In this document: positions 9,394-20,873 of the stretch, piece by piece
Layout: every line of letters begins with the position of its first letter
Numbering within the stretch: the stretch's first letter is position 1
Source of the DNA: Hydrurus foetidus
Lineage: Eukaryota
Reading direction: 5' to 3'
DNA length: 64,000 nt
NCBI GenBank assembly: GCA_900617105.1
Contig: UYFQ01000023.1
Span: 620,001-684,000 of the forward strand
Notes under the pieces: model-generated
Told to the model about the DNA's origin: nothing
The model's database searches: none
What the model saw: only the letters and a program-made list of their open reading frames with translations
Translations under genes and position numbers: made by a program

Positions 9394-10782
9394 TTACAAG
9401 CTACCTTCAACAGACAAAAATAAGGTATTACGTTTGAAATCGTAAATGTTTTGGTTGGAACTGCGGTCCACGCGCGTTAACTCAACACCCCCGCGCAGAC
9501 TGCGGCCCATATCGTAAAACAAGCCCGCACCAAGGTTATTGGTGTTGTCAACACGGGCCACACCAGCGAACTCAGATTTCACAGCACCCAAGCTCAAACG
9601 CGAGCTCATCACGCCTGACCAACGGTGATTCCACTGGGCTGTGGTGGCAGTATTTGTGACAAAGGCACCCAAACCTGTCGAATCACTGGCCGACTTGGAA
9701 GCAATGAGATCCAGGGTGGAATAAGTCAATGGTGACCAGCGCGCACTGCCTTCAAAAGTAAAGCCACTGGCATCCTGGTGACCAGGAGCAGAGTATTTCT
9801 TTTTCAAATAACCCGCTTTGATGGTGCCTGATGTTTTGGCTGTGGCATCCCAAGTGACACCGCCCAACAAACGTGTGTCTACGTTGTCATTGGTTGAGGT
9901 ATCGAGGATGTAGTCGTTACGTGTTTGCCGAAGCTCAACAACCAGCGAGGTGCGAGGCATCACACGGTAAAAGAAACGACCCGACATGTTGACTTGATCC
10001 AAATCAGCAGCAATGGTTGTGGTTCTGTTGTTCTCGTAGCGCTTACGGTTCAAGCCACCTTCAACTTCAATGCGCCCTGCGGCACCGGGCGTGCCGAAGA
10101 TGTAAACGCCACGCGCTGATTGGGCATTCCAACGATCAGGTTCGGTCGAAACAGTACGGTCTGTAGAGCCACGGGGGTCTGTACGGTTCACGTATCCTGC
10201 GCTCCAGCCAATGCGAGAACGGCTGTCGAGGTAGTTATCGCCCGCCAGACTGACATCGTGGTGGTTGAAGTTGTCGTCCCCGCTTGAGGCATAACGGGTG
10301 TAGTTACCCCGGTAAGCCAAGGTGTAGCGATCGCCACTCTTTTTCAGCTCTGCGACAACGCCCGGCTGCAAAGAAACCAGACTTGAAGACACTTGATTGG
10401 TATTGGTGCCCAAGACATTGCTGTTTCGACCGTAACCCACGACCGCAGAGGGGTAAACGAACACACCATTGTCAAAACGCAGAGGCAAGCCTTGTGATGG
10501 CGCCGTGAAAATACGATCTTCTGCGGCGGTACCCCGTCGCCCAATGCCACCCAACTCATAGCCAGGTGTCAATGACAATTGACTGGCCGTGCTGGAAGGG
10601 TTGTTGTCTCCAAAGGTGCGATCGAGAAAACCCGCGTCTGATGCTCTGCCCAAAGAAGGCACAGCGAGTTCGGATGGATTGGCTATGGTGCCACTGTCAA
10701 CGGCTTTCTGAGCCTGAACTACTGGCGAAAATGACAGTATTACAGCAGCAACACAGGTGAACTTGGAAGAAATGGTGTTCAT
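9394..10782 (-). CDS. Outer-membrane beta-barrel protein associated with EPS export (VpsM-like)
   Basis: Signal peptide, amphipathic beta-strand pattern and position at the head of the EPS export operon. Confidence 0.75.
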   Translation of the reverse strand: MNTISSKFTCVAAVILSFSPVVQAQKAVDSGTIANPSELAVPSLGRASDAGFLDRTFGDNNPSSTASQLSLTPGYELGGIGRRGTAAEDRIFTAPSQGLPLRFDNGVFVYPSAVVGYGRNSNVLGTNTNQVSSSLVSLQPGVVAELKKSGDRYTLAYRGNYTRYASSGDDNFNHHDVSLAGDNYLDSRSRIGWSAGYVNRTDPRGSTDRTVSTEPDRWNAQSARGVYIFGTPGAAGRIEVEGGLNRKRYENNRTTTIAADLDQVNMSGRFFYRVMPRTSLVVELRQTRNDYILDTSTNDNVDTRLLGGVTWDATAKTSGTIKAGYLKKKYSAPGHQDASGFTFEGSARWSPLTYSTLDLIASKSASDSTGLGAFVTNTATTAQWNHRWSGVMSSRLSLGAVKSEFAGVARVDNTNNLGAGLFYDMGRSLRGGVELTRVDRSSNQNIYDFKRNTLFLSVEGSL

Positions 10783-11005
10783 AAGTTAGTTTTTTTTAGC
10801 AGCTTTGAGAGACTCTAGACAAAGTGAAACCATCCCAAATGGTGACGCACGGTTAAGGTGCAATTGCCTTTGACTTTGACGAAGTATACCTATCACGTAT
10901 TACAAACAGCAGGGAAATTGATGTAACTATTACCATGCAATTGACATTGACATTGACATTTCTTCCTCCCTATTTACCCTATTATTGAAATGCTGAACGG
11001 GCAAG

Positions 11006-11020
11006 GCAAAATTCATGCCA
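11006..11020 (-). promoter_or_regulatory. Putative sigma-54 (-24/-12) promoter for the EPS operon
   Basis: Minus strand reads TGGCATGAATTTTGC (GG-N10-GC), close to the consensus TGGCACG-N4-TTGC, about 225 bp upstream of the beta-barrel gene. Confidence 0.65.
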
Positions 11021-11050
11021 AATTTAAAGAGGAATTTAAACGCTACAAAT

Positions 11051-12148
11051 TCACACGCTGTCCAGCGCCCGCATGTACCTGGCATTCGTCATAAGGGCAT
11101 CCCAACCCAGTGGCAAAGTCTGTGGCAGCAGGCTTAAACGACGGGTTTCGCTGAATTCACGACAAACAAAATGACCTGCAGCCATCGCCTGCTCAAGGTC
11201 AGAGATAAGCGCATCAACGGCTGCGCCGCCATCCACGCTCTGGTTGCACAGCAACACCATGTCACAGCCAGCCTCCAATGCAGCCAAAGCGGCCTCTGCG
11301 TAGCTCAGGCTTTGGCCGTCCAGCTGGCGAGCACCGGCCATCGATAAATCGTCACTGAAGATGGCCCCTGTGAAGCCCAACTGTCCACGCAAAATGCCGT
11401 TAAGCCATTGGGACGAGAAGCCTGCGGGCCTGGTGTCCACTTTGGGGTAGATAACGTGGGCGGGCATCACTGCCATCAAACTGCCTGAGAGCCAACGGTA
11501 AGGCGAGGCATCATCGGCCAAAATGGCTTTGAGGCTGCGTTTGTCAACAGGGATGTCCGTGTGCGAATCAGCCTTGACAAAGCCGTGGCCTGGAAAGTGT
11601 TTGCCGCAGTGGGCCATGCCTGCTTGCAACATGCCGTGCATCAGGCTTTTAGCCAGCAGGCTGACTACGCGTGGGTCGTGCGAGAACGCACGGTCGCCGA
11701 TCACACCACTGCCGCCCCAGTCCAAATCCAGCACAGGGGCAAAGCTCAAGTCCACACCACAGGCACGCAGCTCGGACGCCAGCACAAATCCGCAGTCGGT
11801 CGCCGCTTGGATGGCGGCCATGGCCCCGCTGCCGTCGCCGGGTTTTTTGTCTTGCGTCCAACGCTCGCCCAGACTGCGCATGGAGGGCAAATGGGTAAAA
11901 CCATCTGTTTTAAAGCGCTGTACGCGGCCCCCTTCGTGGTCAACGCAAATCAACAGGTCACTGCGCACCGCTTTGATTTCGGCATTCAAGGTCAGCAGCT
12001 GATCCCGGTTTTGCCAGTTGCGGGCGAAATGGATCACACCGCCGACCAAGGGATGCTGAAGACGGCGGCGATCATCTGCAGTGAGTACCGTGCCCGCTAC
12101 ATCAATGATGAGGGGGGCATGAGCAAGAGAGGATTGGGCACTTAACAT
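11051..12148 (-). CDS. nagZ: Beta-N-acetylhexosaminidase
   Basis: DHEGGRVQR, KHFPGHG...DSH and FSDDLSM motifs. Confidence 0.95.
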   Translation of the reverse strand: MLSAQSSLAHAPLIIDVAGTVLTADDRRRLQHPLVGGVIHFARNWQNRDQLLTLNAEIKAVRSDLLICVDHEGGRVQRFKTDGFTHLPSMRSLGERWTQDKKPGDGSGAMAAIQAATDCGFVLASELRACGVDLSFAPVLDLDWGGSGVIGDRAFSHDPRVVSLLAKSLMHGMLQAGMAHCGKHFPGHGFVKADSHTDIPVDKRSLKAILADDASPYRWLSGSLMAVMPAHVIYPKVDTRPAGFSSQWLNGILRGQLGFTGAIFSDDLSMAGARQLDGQSLSYAEAALAALEAGCDMVLLCNQSVDGGAAVDALISDLEQAMAAGHFVCREFSETRRLSLLPQTLPLGWDALMTNARYMRALDSV

Positions 12149-12190
12149 GGCAAAATTTTCAAAGCAATGGAGTCTAAATTTGATAGCTAA

Positions 12191-12610
12191 CTACACAGAC
12201 AGAATATGCGTAAGTGGGTCATTTTTCTCTACAACAACAAAGCTGACAGCGTAGTCCACCTCGTCGGTCACGCTGATATGGGCGACCAAGTTTTGAGCCA
12301 CAAACCACGCCTTCAATTCACCGTGCAGCACCAAACTGGGTTGACCTCCGGGCAAAGAGCGTACTTCACAATGTCGCCATGTCATTGGTGCACGTATCCC
12401 TAAGCGAATGGCTTTGCTGAACGCTTCTTTGGCGGCAAAACGGGTGGCGACGAAGCTGACACCGCGCTCTGCGGAGTGGGCTTGTCGGACAAGGTAGGTC
12501 GCAAATTCGGCTTCCGACAAGATACGTTGCGCAAAGCGAGGGCCAAACTTGGACAGCGAGGATCGGATGCGGCGCACATCGCAAATATCGGTGCCGATGC
12601 CATAAATCAT
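12191..12610 (-). CDS. acpS: Holo-ACP synthase
   Basis: IYGIGTDI and [11 protein letters not shown] motifs. Confidence 0.95.
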   Translation of the reverse strand: MIYGIGTDICDVRRIRSSLSKFGPRFAQRILSEAEFATYLVRQAHSAERGVSFVATRFAAKEAFSKAIRLGIRAPMTWRHCEVRSLPGGQPSLVLHGELKAWFVAQNLVAHISVTDEVDYAVSFVVVEKNDPLTHILSV

Positions 12611-12628
12611 GCGTTCATCACCCCTTCA

Positions 12629-13411
12629 TCATGCGCAAGCGGCCGCCGTACAGCGCAGGTAAGCCTGCACCGTGGCGGTGTAGCCCAGCTCCAGCGCATC
12701 AGCGATCAGCGCGTGGCCGATAGACACCTCTTGGATGCCGGGCACAGCACGCAAAAAATCGGTGAGGTTGTCAAGACTCAGGTCATGGCCGGCGTTCAGG
12801 CCCAAACCCCTATCTCGCGCTGCTTGGGCGGTGGCCGCAAACTGCGCCAACACCTCGATTTGCGTAGCGGTGCCGTAGGCTGATGCATAACTTTCGGTGT
12901 ACAGCTCAACACGGCTGGCCCCCACTGCTTTGACAGCGGCCATGGCATGGGGATGCGGATCCATGAACAAGCTGACGCGCACACCCAGGGCGTTGGCCTC
13001 GGCAATCAGCGGCGCGAGGCGTGCAGCATCGTCAGGGAACGTCCAGCCGTGGTCGCTGGTGGACTGGCCTTCGCTGTCGGGCACAAAGGTGACTTGGTGA
13101 ACCGGCAAATTCAGCCGCCGAAGCTCGCGCACAAAATCCATCAGGTTGTGAAACGGGTTGCCTTCTACGTTGAATTCACGGTCGGGCCATTGCTGCATCA
13201 GCGTGGCCAAATCGTAAACATCGTGGGCCCGGATATGCCGTTCATCGGGACGCGGGTGGACGGTGATGCCCTGAGCCCCGGCCTCCAGGCACAGCGTGGC
13301 AGCACGGGTCACGCTGGGGATGCCCAGGTGGCGGGTGTTGCGCACCAAGGCCACTTTGTTGAGGTTCACAGAAAGCGCGGTGCGGGAAGCGGTGTTCAAT
13401 AGAGTGGTCAT
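12629..13411 (-). CDS. pdxJ: Pyridoxine 5'-phosphate synthase
   Basis: [28 protein letters not shown] and EVSIGH motifs; probable start 13411 overlaps the recO stop. Confidence 0.95.
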   Translation of the reverse strand: MTTLLNTASRTALSVNLNKVALVRNTRHLGIPSVTRAATLCLEAGAQGITVHPRPDERHIRAHDVYDLATLMQQWPDREFNVEGNPFHNLMDFVRELRRLNLPVHQVTFVPDSEGQSTSDHGWTFPDDAARLAPLIAEANALGVRVSLFMDPHPHAMAAVKAVGASRVELYTESYASAYGTATQIEVLAQFAATAQAARDRGLGLNAGHDLSLDNLTDFLRAVPGIQEVSIGHALIADALELGYTATVQAYLRCTAAACA

Positions 13412-14181
13412 GCTAAATCTTGAAGGTCCAGCATCATTTGCTGGGTACGCAGGGTGGTGACACCGCAATGGTAGTGCAGCAGGTCGCGCAATGGGCGTTT
13501 GAGCAGGTTCGCCACAGGCACGCAGGCCCGTAACGTGGGCGTGAAGGGGGATGGGGCGTCCAGCGCTTGTTGCAAAGACTGCCACTGCGCACCGGTCAAG
13601 CCGCGCTCTCGTGTACCCACCTCGCGCAGCCCGCCTTCGGGCACCACACAATAGCTGCGGCTGTCGTCAAGAGGGGCCAGGGTCAGCGTTTGCAGGTCGA
13701 GTGCGGGCAAAAATCCGATGTCACGCAGCAGCAGCAACTCAAAGCAACGCAGCGTCGTTTGCAGCACTTCGCCTGTCTCTGAAGCCAAAATATGCACCAC
13801 TTTGGCGTAGGTGTCGAACAGGCTTTCATGCGCGTCTTCGCGGGCCAGCAGGCGAATCAACAACTCGTTGAGGTAGTAGCCGGACAGCAGCGCATCGCCC
13901 GTCGGCATCACATGCCCGCCCACCCATTCGGCACTTTTGAGGGTACGGATTTCTGCGTCGCCACCAAAGGCCAAACGCAAGGGTTGCAACGGCAGAAGCA
14001 CCGGACGAAAGCTGGAGGTGGGGCGCTTCGCCCCTTTGGCCACCAAGGCGATGCGGCCGTGGTGGCGGGTGAACACGTCCAGAATCAGGCTGGACTCGCT
14101 CCAGTTGTAATGGTGGAGGATGTAAGCCGGCTCGTGGGTGATGCGGTTAATGCGGCTAGGGCGGGACACAGCAGCAGTCAA
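13408..14181 (-). CDS. recO: DNA repair protein RecO
   Basis: AYILH...[16 protein letters not shown] and GYYLNELL motifs; synteny era-recO-pdxJ. Confidence 0.95.
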   Translation of the reverse strand: MTAAVSRPSRINRITHEPAYILHHYNWSESSLILDVFTRHHGRIALVAKGAKRPTSSFRPVLLPLQPLRLAFGGDAEIRTLKSAEWVGGHVMPTGDALLSGYYLNELLIRLLAREDAHESLFDTYAKVVHILASETGEVLQTTLRCFELLLLRDIGFLPALDLQTLTLAPLDDSRSYCVVPEGGLREVGTRERGLTGAQWQSLQQALDAPSPFTPTLRACVPVANLLKRPLRDLLHYHCGVTTLRTQQMMLDLQDLA

Positions 14182-14207
14182 TGCATGGCCCCTTCCAGCG
14201 CTTTCGC

Positions 14208-15287
14208 TTACTGGTAGCCGAATGAGCGAACGCGGGCTTCGTCATCGGCCCAACCGGAGCGCACTTTGACCCAAATTTCAATGAACACCTTGGCGTCCAT
14301 CAGTTTTTCGAGTTCTTTGCGGGTTTCAGAACCGATGCGCTTGAGGCGCTCGCCCTTGTCACCGATCACCATCGCTTTGTGCGTGTCGCGCTCAACGACG
14401 ATGCTGGCCGCTACTTTAACGAAGCGTTTGTGGACTTTGCTGGGCTCTTCTTCAAACTTGTCAATGATGACGGTGGAGGTGTAGGGCAGCTCGTCGCCCG
14501 TCAGGCGGAACAGCTTTTCGCGCACCATCTCGCTGACGAGGAAGCGCTCGCTGCGGTCGGTGAGTTCGTCGTCGCCGTACATGAAGTTTTGCACCGGCAG
14601 GTACTTTTCGCAGATGTCGAACAGGCGCGTCACGTCTTTGCCGTTTTTGGCGGACATAGGCACAAATTCAGCGAAGGCGTGGCGTTCTTGCATGGACTGG
14701 AGCCACGGGGCCACTTCGGCACGGCGGTGGATCAAATCGAACTTGTTGCCAATCAAAATAGCGGGCACGTCTTTGCTCAGCAGCGACAGCACTTTGGCAT
14801 CGGCTTGCGTGAAATGACCAGCCTCCACCACCATCAGCACCAAATCCACATCACCCACCGCGCCGAGCACGGTTTTGTTCAACGAGCGGTTCAGCGCGTT
14901 GTTATGGACAGTTTGAAAACCGGGCGTATCGACAAACACAAACTGCGTCAGCCCCTTGGTGTGCATCCCGGTGATGCGGTGGCGCGTGGTTTGCGCCTTG
15001 GCCGAGGTGATGCTGATTTTTTGTCCCACCAGGGCGTTCAGCAAGGTGGATTTGCCCACGTTGGGGCGACCCACGATGGCAATCAAACCACAGCGCTGCC
15101 CTTCTACCGGTGCTGAAATTCGCCGAGGGGCCAACTTCAGCATGGCCTCGATATCAGGCATGGGAGCTTCGTTTTCGATAGCATCTGATGCTTGTACAGC
15201 AGCTACTACAGCAGGTTTGGGTACTTTGGGTGCGTTTGGGGCTTTAGGAGCGTTAGCAAGCGCTTTGGCAGGTTTTGGAGTTGTCAT
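14208..15287 (-). CDS. era: GTPase Era with N-terminal extension
   Basis: [20 protein letters not shown] and a KH domain (VIGDKG). Confidence 0.97.
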   Translation of the reverse strand: MTTPKPAKALANAPKAPNAPKVPKPAVVAAVQASDAIENEAPMPDIEAMLKLAPRRISAPVEGQRCGLIAIVGRPNVGKSTLLNALVGQKISITSAKAQTTRHRITGMHTKGLTQFVFVDTPGFQTVHNNALNRSLNKTVLGAVGDVDLVLMVVEAGHFTQADAKVLSLLSKDVPAILIGNKFDLIHRRAEVAPWLQSMQERHAFAEFVPMSAKNGKDVTRLFDICEKYLPVQNFMYGDDELTDRSERFLVSEMVREKLFRLTGDELPYTSTVIIDKFEEEPSKVHKRFVKVAASIVVERDTHKAMVIGDKGERLKRIGSETRKELEKLMDAKVFIEIWVKVRSGWADDEARVRSFGYQ

Positions 15288-15994
15288 TGTTTAGCCTTGG
15301 CTCTGAGGGTTGTCAACATGGCGGTCGCAGCGACCTGCTCACCGGCGCGGCGCGAGGCACCCGTGCCACGTTCGGTGATGCCGTATTCGGTAATTTCGCA
15401 TTCCACGTCAAAGGTTTGCTGGTGTGCGGCCCCTGTCGTCGCGACCACGCGGTAGTTAGGTAAGCGCATTTTGCGCCCTTGCAGCCACTCTTGCAGCTCG
15501 GTCTTCGGGTCTTTGGCGATGGCTTGCATTTGGGGCTGGATATCTACGGCTTGAAACAGCCGCCCTACTAAAGCGTCCGCAGCTGCAAAGCCAGCATCCA
15601 GGTACACCGCACCAATCACCGCTTCTAAGGCATCAGCCAAGATAGACGGGCGCTTGTGGCCGCCCGAACGGGCTTCGCCATCGCCCAAGCGCAGCACCTC
15701 GGACAGGCGTAAACCGTGGGCCAGCTGGTGCAGGGTGTCTTGCTTAACCAAATTAGCCCGAACCCGCGATAAATCGCCCTCAGGTTGGTTTTGCAAACGG
15801 GTGTACAGCAGGGTAGACACCGAGAGGTTCAGCACTGAATCGCCCAAAAACTCCAGGCGCTCGTTGTGGTCAGATGAAAAGCTGCGGTGCGTCATCGCTT
15901 GCGCCAGCAGCTGTGGGGTAGCGAATTCGTGGTGAATGCGGCGTTGCAGCGCCAGCAGACTCTCGCTTAAAACAAACTTAGGAACAGAAGACAC
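15284..15994 (-). CDS. rnc: Ribonuclease III
   Basis: [12 protein letters not shown] signature and C-terminal dsRBD (DPKTELQE). Confidence 0.97.
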   Translation of the reverse strand: MSSVPKFVLSESLLALQRRIHHEFATPQLLAQAMTHRSFSSDHNERLEFLGDSVLNLSVSTLLYTRLQNQPEGDLSRVRANLVKQDTLHQLAHGLRLSEVLRLGDGEARSGGHKRPSILADALEAVIGAVYLDAGFAAADALVGRLFQAVDIQPQMQAIAKDPKTELQEWLQGRKMRLPNYRVVATTGAAHQQTFDVECEITEYGITERGTGASRRAGEQVAATAMLTTLRAKAKQ

Positions 15995-16366
15995 CTATTT
16001 GCTACGCCCTTTGTATTTCAGCAGCAGCGAGGCTGGGCCTGCCAAATGGATTTCGCGCTGATAGGCAAAGCTGACCACCACTTTATCGCCCTCTTTGGTA
16101 ATTTCAAGATCTCGACCACTGACCGATGAAATACTGTCAATCGCTGATGCACGGTCAAAAACACCTCGCATTTCAGCAACTGAACTGCCTTCAATTGCCG
16201 CTTTTCTAGTGGCTTTGAGAATCGCTTGGTACTCAATCACAGTAGGTGCAACTTGTGCTCCTACTGTAAAGAGGCAGGCTGCAATGCTCCCCCAAAAAAC
16301 CATACCGAGCAATGAATAGCCGCGCTGGGGTTTGAGAGACATTGACTGCTTCACATTTTTTTCCAT
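15995..16366 (-). CDS. DUF4845 family protein
   Basis: QRGYSL prepilin-like N-terminus; conserved position between lepB and rnc. Confidence 0.8.
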   Translation of the reverse strand: MEKNVKQSMSLKPQRGYSLLGMVFWGSIAACLFTVGAQVAPTVIEYQAILKATRKAAIEGSSVAEMRGVFDRASAIDSISSVSGRDLEITKEGDKVVVSFAYQREIHLAGPASLLLKYKGRSK

Positions 16367-16376
16367 ACCCGTACTC

Positions 16377-17360
16377 CTAATCAAACGAACCAATACGACC
16401 CAGATGCCCAAAGTTCATCCAGACGAAAAAGGCTTTGCCCACGATGTTTTTATCCGGCACAAAACCCCAATAGCGTGAATCCAACGAGTTGTCGCGGTTG
16501 TCGCCCATCATGAAATACATGCCTTCTGGCACCTTGCAGGTCACGCCTTCAACGGTGTAGTTGCAATTTTGCTTGAAAGCGAAATCTTCCACACCCGGCA
16601 CGAACGCAGGACGGTCGTCGTCATTGAGCAAACCGTGGGTTTTGTCACCCAGTTTTTCTTGAAAATGCTTGAAGTAGCGCATCGCGTCTTCTTCAAAAAA
16701 ATCAGGCTGCGCCTCTTTGCTGATGGCTTGGCCGTTGATGGTGAGTTTTTTGTTCAGGTAAGCCACCTGATCGCCCGGCAAACCGACCACGCGCTTGATG
16801 TAGTCCAAGCTGGGTTTGGGCGGGTAGCGGAACACCATCACGTCACCACGCTGGGGCTTGCTGCCCTCGGTGATTTTGGTGTTGAGCACCGGTAAACGCA
16901 GACCGTAGTGGAATTTATTCACCAAAATCAAGTCACCTACCCACAGCGTAGGGATCATCGAGCCCGAGGGGATTTTGAAAGGCTCGAACAAAAACGAACG
17001 CAGCACAAACACAGCCAAAATCACCGGGAATAACCCCGCAGTCCAGTCCAGCCACCAGGGTTGCATGAACAAGCGTTCGTGCTCAGGGGCAATGGCGGTG
17101 CTTTCCTCCACCTTTTTGATGCCCATTTTGTCCAGAGCTTCGCGGCGTTTGGCCTGCTCAGCCACCGTGGCCGCCAAGGTTTTCTCACGTTGAGGCAAGA
17201 AAATAAAGTGCTCAGCCAGCCAGTACAGGCCGGTCACGAAGGTGGCCAAAAACAACAGCAGGGCGAAGTTGCCTTCCACCATGCCTAAGTACCACGAACC
17301 GGCATAGCCGACGAAAGCGGCCAGCACAAAAGCCGTCAAGATGGGCATCAGCTTAAGCAT
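16377..17360 (-). CDS. lepB: Signal peptidase I
   Basis: IPSGSMIPTL, YIKRVVG and GDNRDNS.DSR motifs. Confidence 0.97.
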   Translation of the reverse strand: MLKLMPILTAFVLAAFVGYAGSWYLGMVEGNFALLLFLATFVTGLYWLAEHFIFLPQREKTLAATVAEQAKRREALDKMGIKKVEESTAIAPEHERLFMQPWWLDWTAGLFPVILAVFVLRSFLFEPFKIPSGSMIPTLWVGDLILVNKFHYGLRLPVLNTKITEGSKPQRGDVMVFRYPPKPSLDYIKRVVGLPGDQVAYLNKKLTINGQAISKEAQPDFFEEDAMRYFKHFQEKLGDKTHGLLNDDDRPAFVPGVEDFAFKQNCNYTVEGVTCKVPEGMYFMMGDNRDNSLDSRYWGFVPDKNIVGKAFFVWMNFGHLGRIGSFD

Positions 17361-19171
17361 CAGTCTTCCACCTGCAAAATCGCCAAAAAGGCTTCTTGGG
17401 GCACTTCAACGGATCCGATTTGCTTCATGCGTTTTTTACCTGCTTTTTGTTTCTCTAAGAGCTTGCGCTTGCGGCTGATGTCGCCACCGTAGCATTTGGC
17501 CAGCACGTTTTTGCGCAAGGCTTTGATGCTTTCACGGGCAATGATGGTGCTGCCAATGGCGGCCTGGATCGCCACGTCGTACATCTGACGGCTGATGATT
17601 TCGCGCATTTTGCTGACCACAGCACGGCCCCTGTACTGGCTCTGGCTGCGGTGGACGATGATCGAGAGTGCATCCACTTTTTCGCCGTTCAGCAAAATAT
17701 CGACCTTCACCACGTCTGCAGGGCGGTATTCCTTGAACTCGTAGTCCATCGAGGCATAGCCCCGGCTGACGCTTTTGAGCTTGTCAAAAAAGTCCAGCAC
17801 GATCTCACCCAGCGGCATCTCGTAGGTCAGCATCACTTGGCGCCCGTGGTAGGCCATGTTCATTTGCACACCACGCTTTTGGTTGGCCAGCGTCATCACC
17901 GAGCCTACGTACTCTTGCGGCATGTAGAGATGCACAGTAACAATCGGCTCGCGTACTTCTTCGCTGCGGCCCTGGTCAGGCATTTTGGAGGGGTTTTCGA
18001 CCAGTACAACCTCGCCATCGGCCCGCACCACCTGATACACCACACTGGGCGCGGTGGTGATGAGGTCTTGATCGAACTCGCGCTCCAGGCGCTCTTGCAC
18101 AATTTCCATGTGCAGCAGACCCAAGAAGCCGCAGCGAAAGCCAAAACCCAAGGCTTGCGAAACTTCAGGCTCGTAGTGCAGTGAGGCATCGTTGAGCTTG
18201 AGCTTTTCCAGCGCATCACGCAACGATTCATACTCGCTGGCTTCGGTGGGGTACAGCCCGGCAAACACCTGGGGTTGGATTTCTTTGAAGCCGGGCAAAG
18301 CCTCGGTAGCTGTTGCGGCAGCACCGCCAGAACCCAGCTTGATGAGGGTCACGGTGTCGCCCACTTTGGCGGCTTGCAATTCTTTGATACCGGCAATGAT
18401 GAAGCCCACTTCACCCGCTTCCAGCGAGTTGCGTGGCTGCGTGGAGGGGGTGAATACGCCTAGATTGTCAGCGTTGTACATCGCGCCAGACGCCATCATC
18501 TTGATGCGCTCGCCTTTGGCCAAACGGCCATCGACCACGCGCACCAGCATCACGACACCCACGTAAGGGTCAAACCAGCTGTCGATAATCATGGCCCGCA
18601 AAGCAGCGTTTGGGTCGCCCTTGGGGGCCGGCACCTTGGCGATGATGGCTTCCAAAATTTCGTCGATGCCCAGGCCGGTTTTGGCTGAACAGGGGATGGC
18701 ATCGGTGGCATCAATACCAATCACGTCTTCGATTTCGCTGCGGGCGTTATCAGGATCGGCGTTGGGCAAATCCATTTTGTTCAACACCGGCACCACCGTC
18801 ACGCCGAGTTCCAGCGCGGTGTAGCAGTTAGCCACGGTTTGCGCCTCTACACCCTGGCTGGCATCCACCACCAAAAGCGCGCCCTCACAGGCGGAAAGTG
18901 AGCGGCTGACTTCGTAGGAAAAGTCCACGTGCCCAGGGGTGTCGATCAAATTCAGGTTGTAGACCTGCCCGTCCAGCGCTTTGTACTGCAAGGCGGCGGT
19001 TTGGGCTTTGATGGTGATGCCGCGCTCTTTCTCGATGTCCATCGAATCCAGCACCTGGGCCGACATTTCGCGCGCTTCCAGGCCGCCACAGCGTTGAATC
19101 AAGCGGTCAGCCAGGGTGGATTTACCGTGGTCAATGTGCGCAATGATCGAAAAATTTCTGATGTGGTTCAT
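17360..19171 (-). CDS. lepA: Translation factor EF-4 (LepA)
   Basis: [20 protein letters not shown] and [10 protein letters not shown] motifs. Confidence 0.98.
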   Translation of the reverse strand: MNHIRNFSIIAHIDHGKSTLADRLIQRCGGLEAREMSAQVLDSMDIEKERGITIKAQTAALQYKALDGQVYNLNLIDTPGHVDFSYEVSRSLSACEGALLVVDASQGVEAQTVANCYTALELGVTVVPVLNKMDLPNADPDNARSEIEDVIGIDATDAIPCSAKTGLGIDEILEAIIAKVPAPKGDPNAALRAMIIDSWFDPYVGVVMLVRVVDGRLAKGERIKMMASGAMYNADNLGVFTPSTQPRNSLEAGEVGFIIAGIKELQAAKVGDTVTLIKLGSGGAAATATEALPGFKEIQPQVFAGLYPTEASEYESLRDALEKLKLNDASLHYEPEVSQALGFGFRCGFLGLLHMEIVQERLEREFDQDLITTAPSVVYQVVRADGEVVLVENPSKMPDQGRSEEVREPIVTVHLYMPQEYVGSVMTLANQKRGVQMNMAYHGRQVMLTYEMPLGEIVLDFFDKLKSVSRGYASMDYEFKEYRPADVVKVDILLNGEKVDALSIIVHRSQSQYRGRAVVSKMREIISRQMYDVAIQAAIGSTIIARESIKALRKNVLAKCYGGDISRKRKLLEKQKAGKKRMKQIGSVEVPQEAFLAILQVED

Positions 19172-19207
19172 CAATGAAGGCGTCAGGTGGTTGGAATGGA
19201 AAGGCAC

Positions 19208-19239
19208 AAAAAAAGGCGCGTCGAAAAAAAGACGCGCCT
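19208..19239 (-). terminator. Probable intrinsic terminator downstream of degP/mucD
   Basis: AGGCGCGTC/GACGCGCCT stem followed by a U-tract on the minus strand. Confidence 0.7.
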
Positions 19240-19335
19240 GAAAATGATTGGCGGCAACCTTCGATTCTATCTAAATTCGATACGGTGCCCTTAAGCCCTC
19301 AGCAGTGCTTGATGGGCTTGGTGGCTGTGCGCACT

Positions 19336-20844
19336 CTAACGTACAGGGCGAATCAGCGCATACTGCGACCACTCACCTCGGCGAAACAGCACATTGATGG
19401 ATTTGCTCTTGTCATTTTTAGCCAACACGGCTTCAAACTCTTTGACGTTGGCAACTTCGGTATTGGCAATGGCGACTATGACATCACCCTCGCGCAAACC
19501 GGCCTTGGCAGCCGCTTCTGTGGCCGTGTCAATCTTGACGCCACCTTTGGTCAGTTTGAGTTCTTTTTTCAGCGCATCGTTCACCTCGCTAACCATCAAG
19601 CCCAGCGTTTGGGCTGCGGTAGACACTTTGGGTTTCTCTTCTTTTTCTGGCTTTTTAGCGACTACTTTTTCGGCTTCAAACTCACCCACCGTCACTGTCA
19701 ACTCTTTCACCGTACCCCGGCGGAAGATGGTCAGCACGCCGCGTGTGCCGGGCTTGATATTGCCCACCAAGCGGGGTAAATCGGTGGCCTTGTCAATCGG
19801 TTTGCCATCGAACTTGGTGATGACATCGCCCGCCTCCACGCCGGCCTTCTCTGCGGGGGCGCCTGCCTCCACGCCATTGACCAACGCGCCTTGCGCCTTG
19901 CCCAGACCAATCGACTCTGCCACTTCTTTGCTGACAGGGCCAATTTGCACGCCAATTCGGCCCCGCGTCACGCGGCCCGTCGCACGCAGCTGGTCGCTGA
20001 CGCGGGTGGCTTCGTCGATGGGGATGGAGAATGAAATGCCCGCAAAACTGCCCGTGCGGGAGTAAATTTGGCTGTTGATACCCACCACTTCACCGCGCAT
20101 GTTGATGAGCGGACCGCCCGAATTACCGGGGTTGATCGCCACATCGGTCTGGATGAAGGGCAAATAGTCACCCGTGTCACGCTGCTTGGCGCTGACGATA
20201 CCGGCGGTGACGGTGTTTTCCAGCCCGAACGGCGAACCAATCGCCATCACCCACTCACCCACTTTGAGGCGGCTCACGTCACCGATCTTCACAGCCGGCA
20301 ACCCTGTCGCGTCGATTTTGACAACAGCCACATCGGTACGCTTGTCAAAACCGATGATTTTGGCTTTGAACTCGCGCTTGTCAGGCAACGTCACCAGCAC
20401 CTCATCAGCCCCGTCCACGACATGGGCGTTGGTCATCACATAACCGTCCGTGGACAAAATGAACCCAGAGCCCACACCGCGTGGTTGCTCCTCATCGGGT
20501 TGCTGCGGACTGTTCGGACGCGGTGCTTGGCGTGGTGTGCCCGGCATGGGCTGACCAAAGAAGCGCCGGAAGAACTCTTGCATCTCTTCGTCTGTGCCGC
20601 TACCACCACTGCCAGGGCCAGCAGCCGTGCGGCTTTTGATTTTTTCCGACGTGCGGATATTCACCACCGACGGGCCAACTTGTTCGACCAAATCGGTGAA
20701 ATCGGGCAAGGTGCGGACTTGGGCATAGCTGGGCTGCGCAGGCACGAAACCCAGGCCCACCGCGGCGACAAAAGCACCTAAAACAAGGGATGAACGGTAT
20801 TTTTTAGAAACAATTTCAAGCATCACAACCTCGGTCAATGTCAC
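19336..20844 (-). CDS. mucD: DegP/MucD-type periplasmic serine protease with two PDZ domains
   Basis: TNAHV, DVAV and GNSGGP catalytic motifs; last gene of the rpoE-rseAB cluster. Confidence 0.9.
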   Translation of the reverse strand: MTLTEVVMLEIVSKKYRSSLVLGAFVAAVGLGFVPAQPSYAQVRTLPDFTDLVEQVGPSVVNIRTSEKIKSRTAAGPGSGGSGTDEEMQEFFRRFFGQPMPGTPRQAPRPNSPQQPDEEQPRGVGSGFILSTDGYVMTNAHVVDGADEVLVTLPDKREFKAKIIGFDKRTDVAVVKIDATGLPAVKIGDVSRLKVGEWVMAIGSPFGLENTVTAGIVSAKQRDTGDYLPFIQTDVAINPGNSGGPLINMRGEVVGINSQIYSRTGSFAGISFSIPIDEATRVSDQLRATGRVTRGRIGVQIGPVSKEVAESIGLGKAQGALVNGVEAGAPAEKAGVEAGDVITKFDGKPIDKATDLPRLVGNIKPGTRGVLTIFRRGTVKELTVTVGEFEAEKVVAKKPEKEEKPKVSTAAQTLGLMVSEVNDALKKELKLTKGGVKIDTATEAAAKAGLREGDVIVAIANTEVANVKEFEAVLAKNDKSKSINVLFRRGEWSQYALIRPVR

Positions 20845-20873
20845 ATCACAGATTTAAATATCGCGGGAAAAGC

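Noticed and set aside
10941..10985. TTGACA repeats as a sigma-70 -35 box
   Set aside because: They point antisense to the local genes, and no good -10 box lies at 16-18 bp spacing.
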